Part shown: piece by piece, positions 49,859-60,100 of the stretch
Layout: every line of letters starts with the position of its first letter
How positions within the stretch are numbered: the first letter of the stretch is position 1
Source of the DNA: Candidatus Sumerlaeia bacterium
GTDB taxonomy: Bacteria > Sumerlaeota > Sumerlaeia > SLMS01 > JANRJK01
Length of the DNA: 64,000 nucleotides
NCBI GenBank assembly: GCA_033764015.1
Contig: JANRJK010000036.1
Coordinates: 128,001-192,000 of the forward strand
Direction: 5' to 3'
The notes under the pieces: model-generated
What the model was told of the DNA's origin: nothing
The model's input: only the letters and a program-made list of their open reading frames with translations
The model's database searches: none
Position numbers and translations under genes: made by a program

Positions 49859-50538
49859 GGGCGGTGGGACCTCCAACACTTTCGCCCGACTAGCTGTTCG
49901 CCCTCAACCTGCTCCCGCGCGCCCACCCCCGCACTCCAAGGGTTCCCGGCGGCCCGTTCCCCAGGCTTCCCCGCAGATTCGAGCCGGACGCTCCACCAGA
50001 TGATCACCGGCCATTGACGGGACCTTCTCCGGCCCAACTCCGGATCTCCGCCAACGCGTCCGCCTTGCCCCCGTTTTCAGGGTTCTCCCCCGAGCGCAGC
50101 CAGTTCCGTCCCCTCCTCAGCCCGGTCGTTCGGTCCAAAGCGGTAAGTCAGACGCGGCAGGGCCGGCGGCCAGGCACCCCCACAACCACTTCCCTTGACG
50201 GGATTGGACTCGCGGGCAGGCTATGCAAAGCTTGAAGTGCTGTGTGCGAGAAGCATGGTCTTGATTCGGACTGAAGGCGATGCGGACCTGCCCGTGGGGC
50301 AGGACGCTTGCGGCGGGGGCCCGCTAGTTGGTGGCAAGCCGGCTTGTTATCGCGCGCGCTCAGGGGGCTGGCTCCGATCTGGTGGCGGGAGCTGCTCGGC
50401 CTGCGCCTGGATATATGCTCCTCGCCATCAACGAGCAGTGGCCGGACGATCGCTTTGGAGTCCCGGATTCGCGGTCGAGAAGCGCCCCATCCCAACCTCC
50501 CCAGATTTCTAAAGCGGGGTAGGACCAAGGAGAACGTC

Positions 50539-51945
50539 ATGAAGGAGCCGATTTCCAGCGAGTTTCTCTTGAGCTCGACGAAGCAATTCAGTCTTGGATC
50601 ACTCGCGGAACAGTTTCACTTGGAACAGATATCCACCAAGACCACGCCGTGGATCGAGCAGGTCCGCGAGAAGTCCGAAGTATTCAAAGCGGTCCTAAAC
50701 TTAGGTCTTACTGACTCGATCCACCATGCCCATCTCATCCTAGGGTGCGGCTATGCGCTGCACGGTGCAGTAGACTGTTGGCGCCAATGGGACGAGGCGG
50801 CCTCTATCGTTGAAGCTGATGTGTTGATGACCTTTGCGGTAGCCCCAGATGGTGAATCTGGCATTGGTTGCAGGGAGAAGGGAGTGGGCTTCTGCCTCGG
50901 GGTCAACCTCGCCTTGCGCCCTGCTTCCACGTTGCATTGGTTTGTGCGGCGCCTTCTCACGTTGAAGAAGGGAGTGCTTTCTACTAGATTGAACTATGAC
51001 GCCCCTGTTGCGGTCATCTGGTTCCTCTGCTGGCTAGGCGCGAGGGAGCAAGGAGATGCAATCATGGAAGCGCATTGCGCTCCTCACCTTCTTGGGACTC
51101 CCTACGACAATGTGCGACTGGCATGGGATGACGATGCCAAGTTGGCTAAGGCAATCAGCCAAATGCTCTCTTACCACGTGCGCAATTCAAGTGCATTCTC
51201 GATGAAGGCCAACCAGTTCTGGGGCCTGGAGTCGTTCTTCCCGTTCGAGCTGATCGCCTTGATCTGCGTCCGCCGACGGATGGGTCTCACAACTCCGTCC
51301 GTCTCGCACTATTTGGTGGATGACAATCCGCTATTCGTGCTGCCGCCGACCGATTATGTTCCACCCTCGAAGGTTTTGAAGGAGCACTACGTCACTGTAG
51401 TGTTCGGGAAAGGGTTTCTCGACAAGGCATGCGCCGAGATCGAGAGCCACCCACTCACCCCATGGCCAACCCCTAAGGCACCGACAGGGGCAGAAATCCT
51501 CAAGATGGTCACCGCCAAGCGGGATGAGGAGGAGCTTCTCGACGAGGTGCTCAGCATTCCTCAACTGTTCCATCTCGATTGGAAGGAAGTTGTCGAGGCG
51601 GGTTTCGACGCGATCACTTCCGCTCTTCCTGACGGGCTGCCATTCGAGTGGGAGGAGCTGGGAGGCAATCGTTACAAGCTTGGCTTCGACGGCAGGTCGG
51701 AATTAGTGGAGGTGCGTCCGACTGAAGGCGATGAGGCTCTATGGGCGCTCGACGCCGTTGCTGCGGCGGAGCCTTTACTGAAGCCCGGGTTCGAGATCTT
51801 TGCGACCCGGGAATCGATGGAAGATGATGGCGTGACCTTTCTACTTATGGAAACCAAGTGGTGGGACACCTATCGCACCAAGAAGGGGAAGCACTTCGCG
51901 AAGACCTTCGCCCCGCTGTCGGAACTGCGCAAGAGGTCGGAGTAA
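50539..51945 (+). CDS. Hypothetical protein, low GC; putative fusion of two immunity-type domains
   Basis: AAGGAG RBS; atypical codon usage; FPFELIAL...R..GL..P...H.L and DWKE...L.P.FEI...S..D...F.L....W motifs. Confidence 0.7.
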   Translation: MKEPISSEFLLSSTKQFSLGSLAEQFHLEQISTKTTPWIEQVREKSEVFKAVLNLGLTDSIHHAHLILGCGYALHGAVDCWRQWDEAASIVEADVLMTFAVAPDGESGIGCREKGVGFCLGVNLALRPASTLHWFVRRLLTLKKGVLSTRLNYDAPVAVIWFLCWLGAREQGDAIMEAHCAPHLLGTPYDNVRLAWDDDAKLAKAISQMLSYHVRNSSAFSMKANQFWGLESFFPFELIALICVRRRMGLTTPSVSHYLVDDNPLFVLPPTDYVPPSKVLKEHYVTVVFGKGFLDKACAEIESHPLTPWPTPKAPTGAEILKMVTAKRDEEELLDEVLSIPQLFHLDWKEVVEAGFDAITSALPDGLPFEWEELGGNRYKLGFDGRSELVEVRPTEGDEALWALDAVAAAEPLLKPGFEIFATRESMEDDGVTFLLMETKWWDTYRTKKGKHFAKTFAPLSELRKRSE

Positions 51946-52308
51946 TCCCGCGGCGAGCTTGCGGATCGCTGACGCGGGGGTGCTCCGAACCAATCTTGCC
52001 GGAGTCGCCTGAGGCACCAACGGCACCCTTGGCTTTGCGCCCGTTCCCCCTCCGCGCTGCGGAGGACTCTTCGGGGTGCGGCGGCTTCTCCGCGCGGACT
52101 ATGGTGGGGGTGGTTGGCGGGCAGCCCTCGCGCGCGGTCGCGATGCGCACGAACGGTTCGTGGAGGCTGTGCCCTCATGGCAGTGACGCATCACGGCCCC
52201 GTGCCGATAGCCTTTGCCCCGTGCGGGCGCGGGGCGCGCTCATGGCGCGAAGCAACATTCCGCGGAGCGCCGCGAGGAAGCTCCGCCCCGAACCGGAGAC
52301 CCCTTGCC

Positions 52309-53535
52309 ATGGCCAAACTATCCGTCGCCGACATCGATGTCCGCGGCAAGCGCGTGCTGCTGCGCTGCGACTTCAACGTGCCGCTCGATGGCGACCGCAT
52401 CACGGACGATTCGCGCATTGTCGAAAGCCTCCCCACGATCCGCCACCTGATCCAGCATGGCGGCCGCGTGGTGATCGCGTCGCACCTCGGGCGCCCGGAC
52501 GGCAAGCGCACGCCGGAGTTCAGCCTGGCGCCGGTCGCCAAGCGCCTGTCGGAGCTGCTCGGCAAGCAGGTGCCGCTCGCGAGCGACTGCGTGGGCCCGG
52601 AGGTCGAGGCGCAGGCCGCAGCGCTGAAGGACGGCGATGTGCTCCTGCTCGAGAACGTCCGCTTCCACAAGCAGGAGGACGAGAAGAAGAACAAGGAGAC
52701 GAAGACCTTCAGCGAGGCGCGGCAGGAGTTTGCGAAGCGCATGGCGGCGCTCGGCGACGTGTACGTGAACGACGCCTTCGGCACCGCGCACCGCGACCAC
52801 GTCTCGACGTGCGGCGTGGGGCACCTGCTGTCGCCGCGCGCGTGCGGCTTCCTGATCCAGAAGGAACTGAAGTACCTCAAGGAGGCGCTCGAGGCGCCGA
52901 AGCGGCCGCTCCTCGCGATCATCGGCGGCGCCAAGGTATCGACCAAGGTGCCCGTGATCGAGTCGCTGCTCGACAAGGTCGACACGCTCTATATCGGCGG
53001 CGGCATGACGTACACCTTCGCCAAGGCGATGGGCTACGAGATCGGCAAGTCGCTCTTCGAAGCGGAGGCGTTCGAGACCGCGCAGAAGCTGCTGGACCTG
53101 TTCCGCTCGGGCACGCGCCGCGCCCGCATCGTGTTCCCGACCGACGCGCTGGTGGCGGACAAGTTCTCCGAGGACGCCAACACGCAGTACGTCGATTTGG
53201 ACAAGATCCCCGCCGACATGGAGGCCGTGGACATCGGCCCGAAGTCGATCGCGGACCTGAAGCGCATCATCGGCGAGTCTCAGACGGTCGTCTGGAACGG
53301 CCCCGTGGGCGTGTTCGAAATCGCGAAGTTCGCCGCCGGCACGAAGGCGATCGCGGAGGCGATGGCCGCCGCGCAGGGCCGCATCACCATCGTCGGCGGC
53401 GGCGACACCGCGTCGGCGATCCGCCAGTTCGGCTTCGACGAGAAGGTGTCGCACGTCTCGACCGGCGGCGGCGCGAGCCTCGAGTTCCTCGAAGGCAAGA
53501 AGCTCCCCGGCATCGAGGTGCTGGACGAGGCGTAA
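52309..53535 (+). CDS. pgk: Phosphoglycerate kinase
   Basis: RCDFNVP, SHLGRP, LENVRF, NDAFGTAHR, GGAKVS, WNGPVGVFE, STGGGASLEFLEG. Confidence 0.98.
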   Translation: MAKLSVADIDVRGKRVLLRCDFNVPLDGDRITDDSRIVESLPTIRHLIQHGGRVVIASHLGRPDGKRTPEFSLAPVAKRLSELLGKQVPLASDCVGPEVEAQAAALKDGDVLLLENVRFHKQEDEKKNKETKTFSEARQEFAKRMAALGDVYVNDAFGTAHRDHVSTCGVGHLLSPRACGFLIQKELKYLKEALEAPKRPLLAIIGGAKVSTKVPVIESLLDKVDTLYIGGGMTYTFAKAMGYEIGKSLFEAEAFETAQKLLDLFRSGTRRARIVFPTDALVADKFSEDANTQYVDLDKIPADMEAVDIGPKSIADLKRIIGESQTVVWNGPVGVFEIAKFAAGTKAIAEAMAAAQGRITIVGGGDTASAIRQFGFDEKVSHVSTGGGASLEFLEGKKLPGIEVLDEA

Positions 53536-53546
53536 CTGCTGATCGG

Positions 53547-53590
53547 GGTTTGCCCGGCCCGCCACGCAGCGGGCCGGGCAAACCGGATTT
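53547..53590 (+). terminator. Hairpin terminator after pgk
   Basis: 16-bp perfect stem ggtttgcccggcccgc / gcgggccgggcaaacc; weak U-tract. Confidence 0.7.
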
Positions 53591-53644
53591 CGGGGAGGAC
53601 CGTCTGCTTGCAGCAGAGTTCAACGTTCATCCAAGGATTTGCCG

Positions 53645-54406
53645 ATGCGCACTAGACTGATTGTGGCCACGGTTTTTACCGCCCTCGCAGCCGCCCATGC
53701 GGCTGCCGCGATTCACGAGTTCAAGTTCAACGGTTCCGGTGGAAATCCACACGCCTCCGCGGAGGTGCGGATCGTGGGCGTGCGGTCGTGGGAGACGAAG
53801 CATTCGGCCTCTTGGGAAGTGCTGTATGAAGGATGGCTGGACGAGACCGGAGTCTTGCGGATCGACGACTCGGTCTGGCGCGAGAAGGGCTTCTATACCG
53901 GCCTGAAGGGCGAGGAGTCGCTCGCCCCGGGTGCGGAACAGAAGGGATTGATCTCGGTCGATGTGCGGTTCCCCGGTGACGGGCCGCGTGTCTGGCAGCG
54001 CGTCGCCGGGCAACACGCGGTCGATGCCGAGGGGTTCCGTCTCTCGAACCCGGCAGCCGGCTTGGAGGACACGGTGTCCTTCAAGGTGCGCTTCGCCCCC
54101 GAGGAGGGTGGCGCACCGCTCGGCACGGTGGTGTTCGCCGCCCAAGTCTACCGCACGAGCGGCAACCAGAACCACTCGAGCCGGAACTCTAACCCAGCAT
54201 CGCTGCTCCTCGTCGTCGAGGATGGGCTCGCGCACTTCACGGTGCCGAAGTCCGACTTCCCCCCGGGCGCGAAGGAAGGCGGGGAGGAACTGGTCCATGA
54301 GCTCGGGGTCCGCGCGCTCGAAGGCGGTGGAGATCGCACCTCCGGGCAGGTGGGACTTGATCTGAAGCCTGGCGAAGAGAAGGTGATCACGCTCTCCGAG
54401 CCCTGA
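53645..54406 (+). CDS. Hypothetical secreted beta-rich protein
   Basis: Signal peptide MRTRLIVATVFTALAAAHAAA; AAGGA RBS; followed by a terminator. Confidence 0.65.
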   Translation: MRTRLIVATVFTALAAAHAAAAIHEFKFNGSGGNPHASAEVRIVGVRSWETKHSASWEVLYEGWLDETGVLRIDDSVWREKGFYTGLKGEESLAPGAEQKGLISVDVRFPGDGPRVWQRVAGQHAVDAEGFRLSNPAAGLEDTVSFKVRFAPEEGGAPLGTVVFAAQVYRTSGNQNHSSRNSNPASLLLVVEDGLAHFTVPKSDFPPGAKEGGEELVHELGVRALEGGGDRTSGQVGLDLKPGEEKVITLSEP

Positions 54407-54430
54407 TCCGCCACGCTTCCGGCAACGACA

Positions 54431-54471
54431 ATCCCCGCCTTGGCGCGCTGCCAAGGCGGGGATCGTTGTTT
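54431..54471. terminator. Hairpin terminator between convergent genes
   Basis: 14-bp stem atccccgccttggc / gccaaggcggggat flanked by T-containing tails on both strands. Confidence 0.75.
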
Positions 54472-54495
54472 CCGGGGGGCGCCGTTTGGGCGCGG

Positions 54496-57147
54496 TTACG
54501 GCATCAGCGTGGTCGGCACCAGCTCGCGCATGTTGACCGAGCGCAAGTAAAGCGTCGCCGAACGGTTGTCCGTTTCGGAGAAGCCGGTGAGGTCGAAGGC
54601 GACGCGCATGCCTTGGCGGGCGACTTCGTCGTTCGAGGGCCGGTAGTAGAACCGGTACACCTTGCCGGAGAGGTCCGTGGGCATCTGGTTCGAGTTGGCG
54701 TCGAGGCCGGCGAAGACCGCGACGGACGCCTCCTCGCCAGTGCCGCTCATGGCACGCAGGCGGAAGTCGGGCACCTTCAGCGGGTCGGCTTCGTCGCTGG
54801 CGATGACTGCTTCGATCTCATAAACTCGGTCGGCGCGCAGTTCCGTCGAGAAGGCGCCATCCCCATCGACGAACGGAACAAGGTCCGACTCCCAGTAGCC
54901 GAAGACGTTTTCCTTGCCGCCGGGGCTCAAGGCGAGGCCGTGGGCCGTGACGTTGAAGAGCGGCGACTCGTGCACATCGGTTACGCCCTGCCGCCAGCTG
55001 GTGCCGATGTCGTAGGAGGCGGTCGCCAGCGCGGCGGTGCGCCCGGAGAGGAACGTGGAGCTGGAGCCGGTCTGGAGGTTCTGGTAGAGGAAGAGCGGAT
55101 TGGTGCGGCGGAAGAAGGGACGGTTCCCGAACCCGGAAACCGTGGCTTCTTGGATGAGCGTGGCATTCGCGTCGCCCGTCGACGGATTCACATTGGTGTC
55201 CGAGAAAAGCGCGCGGTAGTCGCGGAGCGAAATGTCCGGGTAGCGGTGGCGGATGAGCGCGGCCGCGGCGCCAAGGTGGGCGGTCGCGGCGGATGGCCCT
55301 TCGAAGTAGAAGGGGTCGAGCGCGGTACCCAAGAGGTTGGTGGTTGCCGTGCTCACACGGGTGTATCCCACGACCGTGGGGACGTCCTGGGCGGTGAACC
55401 ACTTGACGTAGCCGTTGCGGTCGGCCTGCCCCGGGCCCGGGTCCAGACCCGGCATCGCATCATCGGGAACACTGGTGCCGTTCGCGAAGGCGGCCACCTC
55501 GCCCACGGAGATGACCGGCGGCAAGGCGTCCGCATTGTTCAGCGCGATCCCGTGCGTGAGGTGATTGGTGTCGATGATCGAGCCTTGCAGGATCAACACG
55601 GTGAACAGCAGGGGCGAGTTGTCGTTCTGGTCCTTCTTGCGGATCGCGAGTCCGCCCAGGAACGTGCCGGGGACGGTGGGGGCGTAGAAGATCCTCTCGA
55701 TGGGCAGGCCGAACCCGTTCTGGAACGCGGTGGACTGCGCCGCCGGAAGGTCCAAGCTATAGCCCGGCGCGCTGGTGAGGTAGAGGTCCAGGTCGCGAGT
55801 CGCGCGCGGCGCCGCGTCGTCCCAAACATCGTCCCAAATGATGAGCAGTTCCACCTGTCCGGAGGTGGCATCGGGACGGATGAGGAGGAGTTGGTCCTCG
55901 GGGGAGCCCTCGGTTGCGAAGTTGTGCAGCTTCAGGCCGGAGGTCGCCGTGCTGGGCCGGAAGTAGTCCACCACGTAGGCGGGGAAGCGGCCCGGGCGCG
56001 TCGCCGGCAGGCTCGTCAAGGAGTCCACCGAATTGGCGACCGGAGGGGTGACGCCGCCGGCGGAGGCGAACACCGCCTTGGGGCGGTCCTGCCGGATGCG
56101 CTGGCCGTCGAACCACTGGCGGCCGCTAGCGATCGCCTCGAGCGTCTGCGAGACGGTGCTGCTTCCATCGAAGCGTCCGGCGTCGGGGAACACGAGGTTC
56201 TCGATCAGGATGTCGATGCCGCGGTTCGCCAGCTCGCGGCGGGCGGCCTCGAGTTCGAGGTCCGTGCGCGCGCCGCCGAAGAAGGCGCGGACTCCCGGGG
56301 CGACATCGAAGAGGACCTCCAGCATCGCCGCTCCCTCGGGATAGGCGGTCTGCGGCAGCCCGTAGGTCGCTTCCTGATCCAAAACGTGCGCCGAAAAGGA
56401 GCCCGGGAAAATCTCCACGGCGCCGAAGAAGCGGTTCACGGGGGGCTGGGAGCCGAAGGTTTCCTCGTAGCCCGGGATTTCCCCTGTGTCGACGAGGACG
56501 TTGGTGTCGGCATCCAAGGGTTGCGACTCGAAGAGCCCCTGCGAGATGACGCCGACCCGGACGCCGGACCCGTTGAAGTTCTCCAACGACCGGACAATGT
56601 TCGTCCCTTGGAACAGGTCGCCCTGAGAGCGCACTTCGCCACTGGTGGGAACACCGTAGCTGGGACGCCGGATCGAGCGGACCGCGTCTAGTTCCGCGAG
56701 CTTGCGCAGACCGTCGAGTTTCACCCATCCCTGCACCAGATGCCGCTTCGCCGAAACGAGTTCGACTTCGAGTCCGGCCTGCTCCAGCGCCGCGAGCGTT
56801 TCAGAGCCCGGGTCCTCGACGGAGACGTACACCTGGATCTGTTCCGCGGCATCACCGCGGAGGAGGAAGGAGGGTCGACCATAAGCCGCGGCGTGGCGGT
56901 TCGCCATCGCCGCGCGGGCGTCGCCGTCCTGCGCCATCGCGGCGTCGCGGACAGCCCGGAGGTCTTGGGCGATCTTGCCCTCGGCACCGGCGGCGGCGGC
57001 GCGTGCCGCGGAGTCGAGGGAGGCGCCGCCGGTGGCGAGGCGAGCCTCCGTTGGGGGCGCCGCCGCGGCGCTGCCGACGGTCGCGATGACGGCCATGGCC
57101 GCGAACGCGCGGAGTCCGCGGGTGGGCTTGCGTGTCGTTGTGCTCAT
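54496..57147 (-). CDS. Secreted subtilase-like (S8/S53-like) protein with degenerate catalytic motifs and C-terminal beta domain
   Basis: Signal peptide, prodomain, [43 protein letters not shown] coupling to the upstream giant ORF. Confidence 0.82.
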   Translation of the reverse strand: MSTTTRKPTRGLRAFAAMAVIATVGSAAAAPPTEARLATGGASLDSAARAAAAGAEGKIAQDLRAVRDAAMAQDGDARAAMANRHAAAYGRPSFLLRGDAAEQIQVYVSVEDPGSETLAALEQAGLEVELVSAKRHLVQGWVKLDGLRKLAELDAVRSIRRPSYGVPTSGEVRSQGDLFQGTNIVRSLENFNGSGVRVGVISQGLFESQPLDADTNVLVDTGEIPGYEETFGSQPPVNRFFGAVEIFPGSFSAHVLDQEATYGLPQTAYPEGAAMLEVLFDVAPGVRAFFGGARTDLELEAARRELANRGIDILIENLVFPDAGRFDGSSTVSQTLEAIASGRQWFDGQRIRQDRPKAVFASAGGVTPPVANSVDSLTSLPATRPGRFPAYVVDYFRPSTATSGLKLHNFATEGSPEDQLLLIRPDATSGQVELLIIWDDVWDDAAPRATRDLDLYLTSAPGYSLDLPAAQSTAFQNGFGLPIERIFYAPTVPGTFLGGLAIRKKDQNDNSPLLFTVLILQGSIIDTNHLTHGIALNNADALPPVISVGEVAAFANGTSVPDDAMPGLDPGPGQADRNGYVKWFTAQDVPTVVGYTRVSTATTNLLGTALDPFYFEGPSAATAHLGAAAALIRHRYPDISLRDYRALFSDTNVNPSTGDANATLIQEATVSGFGNRPFFRRTNPLFLYQNLQTGSSSTFLSGRTAALATASYDIGTSWRQGVTDVHESPLFNVTAHGLALSPGGKENVFGYWESDLVPFVDGDGAFSTELRADRVYEIEAVIASDEADPLKVPDFRLRAMSGTGEEASVAVFAGLDANSNQMPTDLSGKVYRFYYRPSNDEVARQGMRVAFDLTGFSETDNRSATLYLRSVNMRELVPTTLMP

Positions 57148-60100
57148 TCCATCAGCTCCCAATCCTGAACCGAAGTGATCGGATTCGAGTTGCCGGCGAG
57201 CGACACGGTGAAGGCGCCCGAGGGGGCGTTCGCCGTTTCGCCGTCGGGGTTGAACACTCGGACCGTCCGCGCGCCGGGCTGGGCCGATGCCGCGATCCGG
57301 ATCTTGACTTCCATTTCCGTCGATGAGCGGACGATCGGCTGCGACAAGAGCGTGATGCCGTCGCCGAAGGTGGCCTGCGCGCCCGTCTTGAAGTTGCGGC
57401 CGTAGAGTGTCACGATCCGTTCGACGCCTTGCGGCGCGTAGCCCGGGTTCGCGACGTACACGTCGAGGACCGGCGTGACAACCGTCACGACGGGGCCGGA
57501 GGGGGCCACGTTGGCGTTCTGCGGCGTGTTGTTGCCGGTGCCGACGAGGCGGTTCAGATAGACGTAGTCGAGCCCGCCGATCGTATCGAGGCCGAAGCTG
57601 CGCCCCGCCTGGCCGACGTAGATGTCGAGGTCGCCGTCGCCGTCCATGTCGAAGAGCGCGACCGCCCGCGGGTTGCCATGCGGTCCAGAGGTGTTGTTCG
57701 GGAAGAGGGTCGTCACCGGCGGCGGGACCTCGGTCGTGGAGACTGCGTTGAAGGACGCGACGCCCTGCTGCTGCTCGTTGTGGAAGAAGACCACATTGCC
57801 CGCCACTTCGTTGTCGTTCGCGGCGGTCGCGATGTCCAGCCAGCCGTCGCGATCGACGTCGCCGAGTCGCGCGTCGAAGTACGTGGGCGCCGGGTCGCCG
57901 GTGACTGTCGGGAGTACGCCGGTGGAGAGTTGGAAGCGGCCGGTTCCGTCGTTCGCCATGTACGCGACAAGTCCTTCGTCACCGAAGAACGCGAGGTCCC
58001 AGACGCCTTCGAAGGCGCTGTTGTTGTTGAGGTCCAGATAGCGCTGGTTGCGCTGCGTCACCACGGTGCGGAGCGGGCTGGCCGGATCGGCCTGCACCTC
58101 GGTCACTCGGATCGAGGTCTGCCGTGCGCGGACCTGCGCGCTGGGGAAGTCCTCCGCGCGGATCGCCGCCACCATCGTGTTGAAGTTGAGCGACTCCGTT
58201 TCCGTGACGACGCCGTCGCCGTCGAGGTCTTCGGGGAGGTCGCCGTTGCGTCCGAAGTCGCCCGGCACGACGCGCTGGAAGGCGCCGGAGAGCTCAGGGA
58301 ACTGGGTCCGGTTGGCGCGGGTGAAGTGTCCGGCGTTCATCGGATCGTTCAGGTACAGCTCGCAGGTGGTCACGAGGCTGGCGCCGGGCGCGCCCGTGGC
58401 TGTCCGGTTCACCACCACGATATCGAGGTAGCCGTCGCCGTTCACGTCGACGAAGGCCGCGTCCACCGTGTCGTCCGGCTGCATTTGGTCGACGCCGCCG
58501 ATGTTGACGAGCGGGAGCCGGGTGAGGGCTTCCTCCGTGAACAAGAGCGTTTCCGGCTGGTTCGGCGTGAGGTTGTTCACGTAAAGAGCGTCCGGGGCAC
58601 CGAAGTCCGTGATGCCGTTCGCGAAGTAGGCGTCGAGGTCGCCGTCGTTGTCGATGTCGCCGACGACTACCTCATTGGTGAAGCGCTGGGGCGACGTGCC
58701 GCCGAGGAAGGGAAGCAGGAAGGAGTACTCCTCGAAGGCGCCGTGGCCGAGGAGCGACCCGCCATCGATCAGGGCGGCGGGGAAACCGTCTGCGCCGGGG
58801 GTTGCCTGGCGGACGCGGCGTTCGAAGACCTGCTGCGGGGCCAGGGAGTTGATTTCGATCGGAGTGGCGCCGGAGAGCGTGGTCTCTCGGGCGTTGATGT
58901 TCTTGTGGAACTGGGCCGGGCCGCCGAAGACACCCAGCAGCACGTCCGGGTCGCCGTCGTTGTCGAAGTCCGCCGCCGCCGCGGAGGAGAAGAGCTGGGG
59001 CGTGGAGTTCAGGGAGAGCGAACCGGAGATCGACTGGCGGAGGCGGGGCGCCGGCCAGCCGGTCCCGGCGGGCACGAAGCGCTTGTCCGAAGAGATTTGC
59101 GGGACACCCGTGTTTTTCAAAATATACGCGTAGTCGCCGCGGTCGGCGAGTTCCTTGCCGCCAGCGACCAGAATGTCGAGGCGCCCGTCGCGGTCGATAT
59201 CGAGCTCGACAGCGGCGGAGGTGCTGCCCGCCGGAGAGGCGTTCGGGACGCCGAGTTGGCTGACCGCGCCGTTGAACCCGCGCGCGATGGTCGTTGGCGT
59301 TGCGTCGTAGAACATCTGCGCGTCGGTGGAACTACGTCCGAAAACCGGCCGGATCGACGGGCTGTAAAGGTTGTTGGTGAGCAACCTTGGCTGGCCACCG
59401 GAGACCGTGACGAACGCGTCGAAATCGCCGTCGCTGTCCACGTCCACCAGATCCACGTCCGAGCCGTTCACCCTTCCGCTGAAGCTGAGGTTGATGGCTG
59501 AGGTGAGGAAGAGGTTGTCATCGGAGCCTTGCGAGTTGTTACTCCGGATCAGGCTGATGACGCCGCCGGCGGTGGACTGGCCATTGATCGAGGCGCCTTC
59601 CGGGGCATCGCTGACGAACACGAAGTCCGGACCGCCGTCGCGGTCGAGGTCCGCCATGGCGATGGCGCGGCCGCGGCCCTCGGGGGTTGTTTCGTTGTTG
59701 TTCGCAATCGCGGGGCGCCGTTGCGTCAGAACCGTGTAGAAGTTGTCGTTCGCGTCGTAGGTCTGTCCGTCGCCGCCCGTGAGAAAGGCCTGGTCGAAGC
59801 CGCCGAGGATCGTCCCGGTCTGTTGCCGGCTGATGAGGGCCAAGTCGTCATTGACGATGGGGAAGCCGTTCGCTTCGCGGAACCGCTCGTAGATGTAGAG
59901 ACCTTCGTTATCGGTGATGGTGACGATCGTCACGCTGCCGGAGCCGCGCAAGTCCGCGGCCGCGGCGCCGAGCGCGAACTCGAAGGAGGTGGGAACCTCG
60001 TTCAAGTCGAAGGTCCGGGCATCCGGGGTCTGGACGTCGCCCACCAAGCCGTCGGGGATGCCGAAGAGCAGCGGGGTGCCCTGAGCCGAGATGAAGTCGT

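Noticed and set aside
51946..52308. Possible ncRNA upstream of pgk
   Set aside because: Only scattered short GC hairpins expected by chance; no known RNA motif recognised
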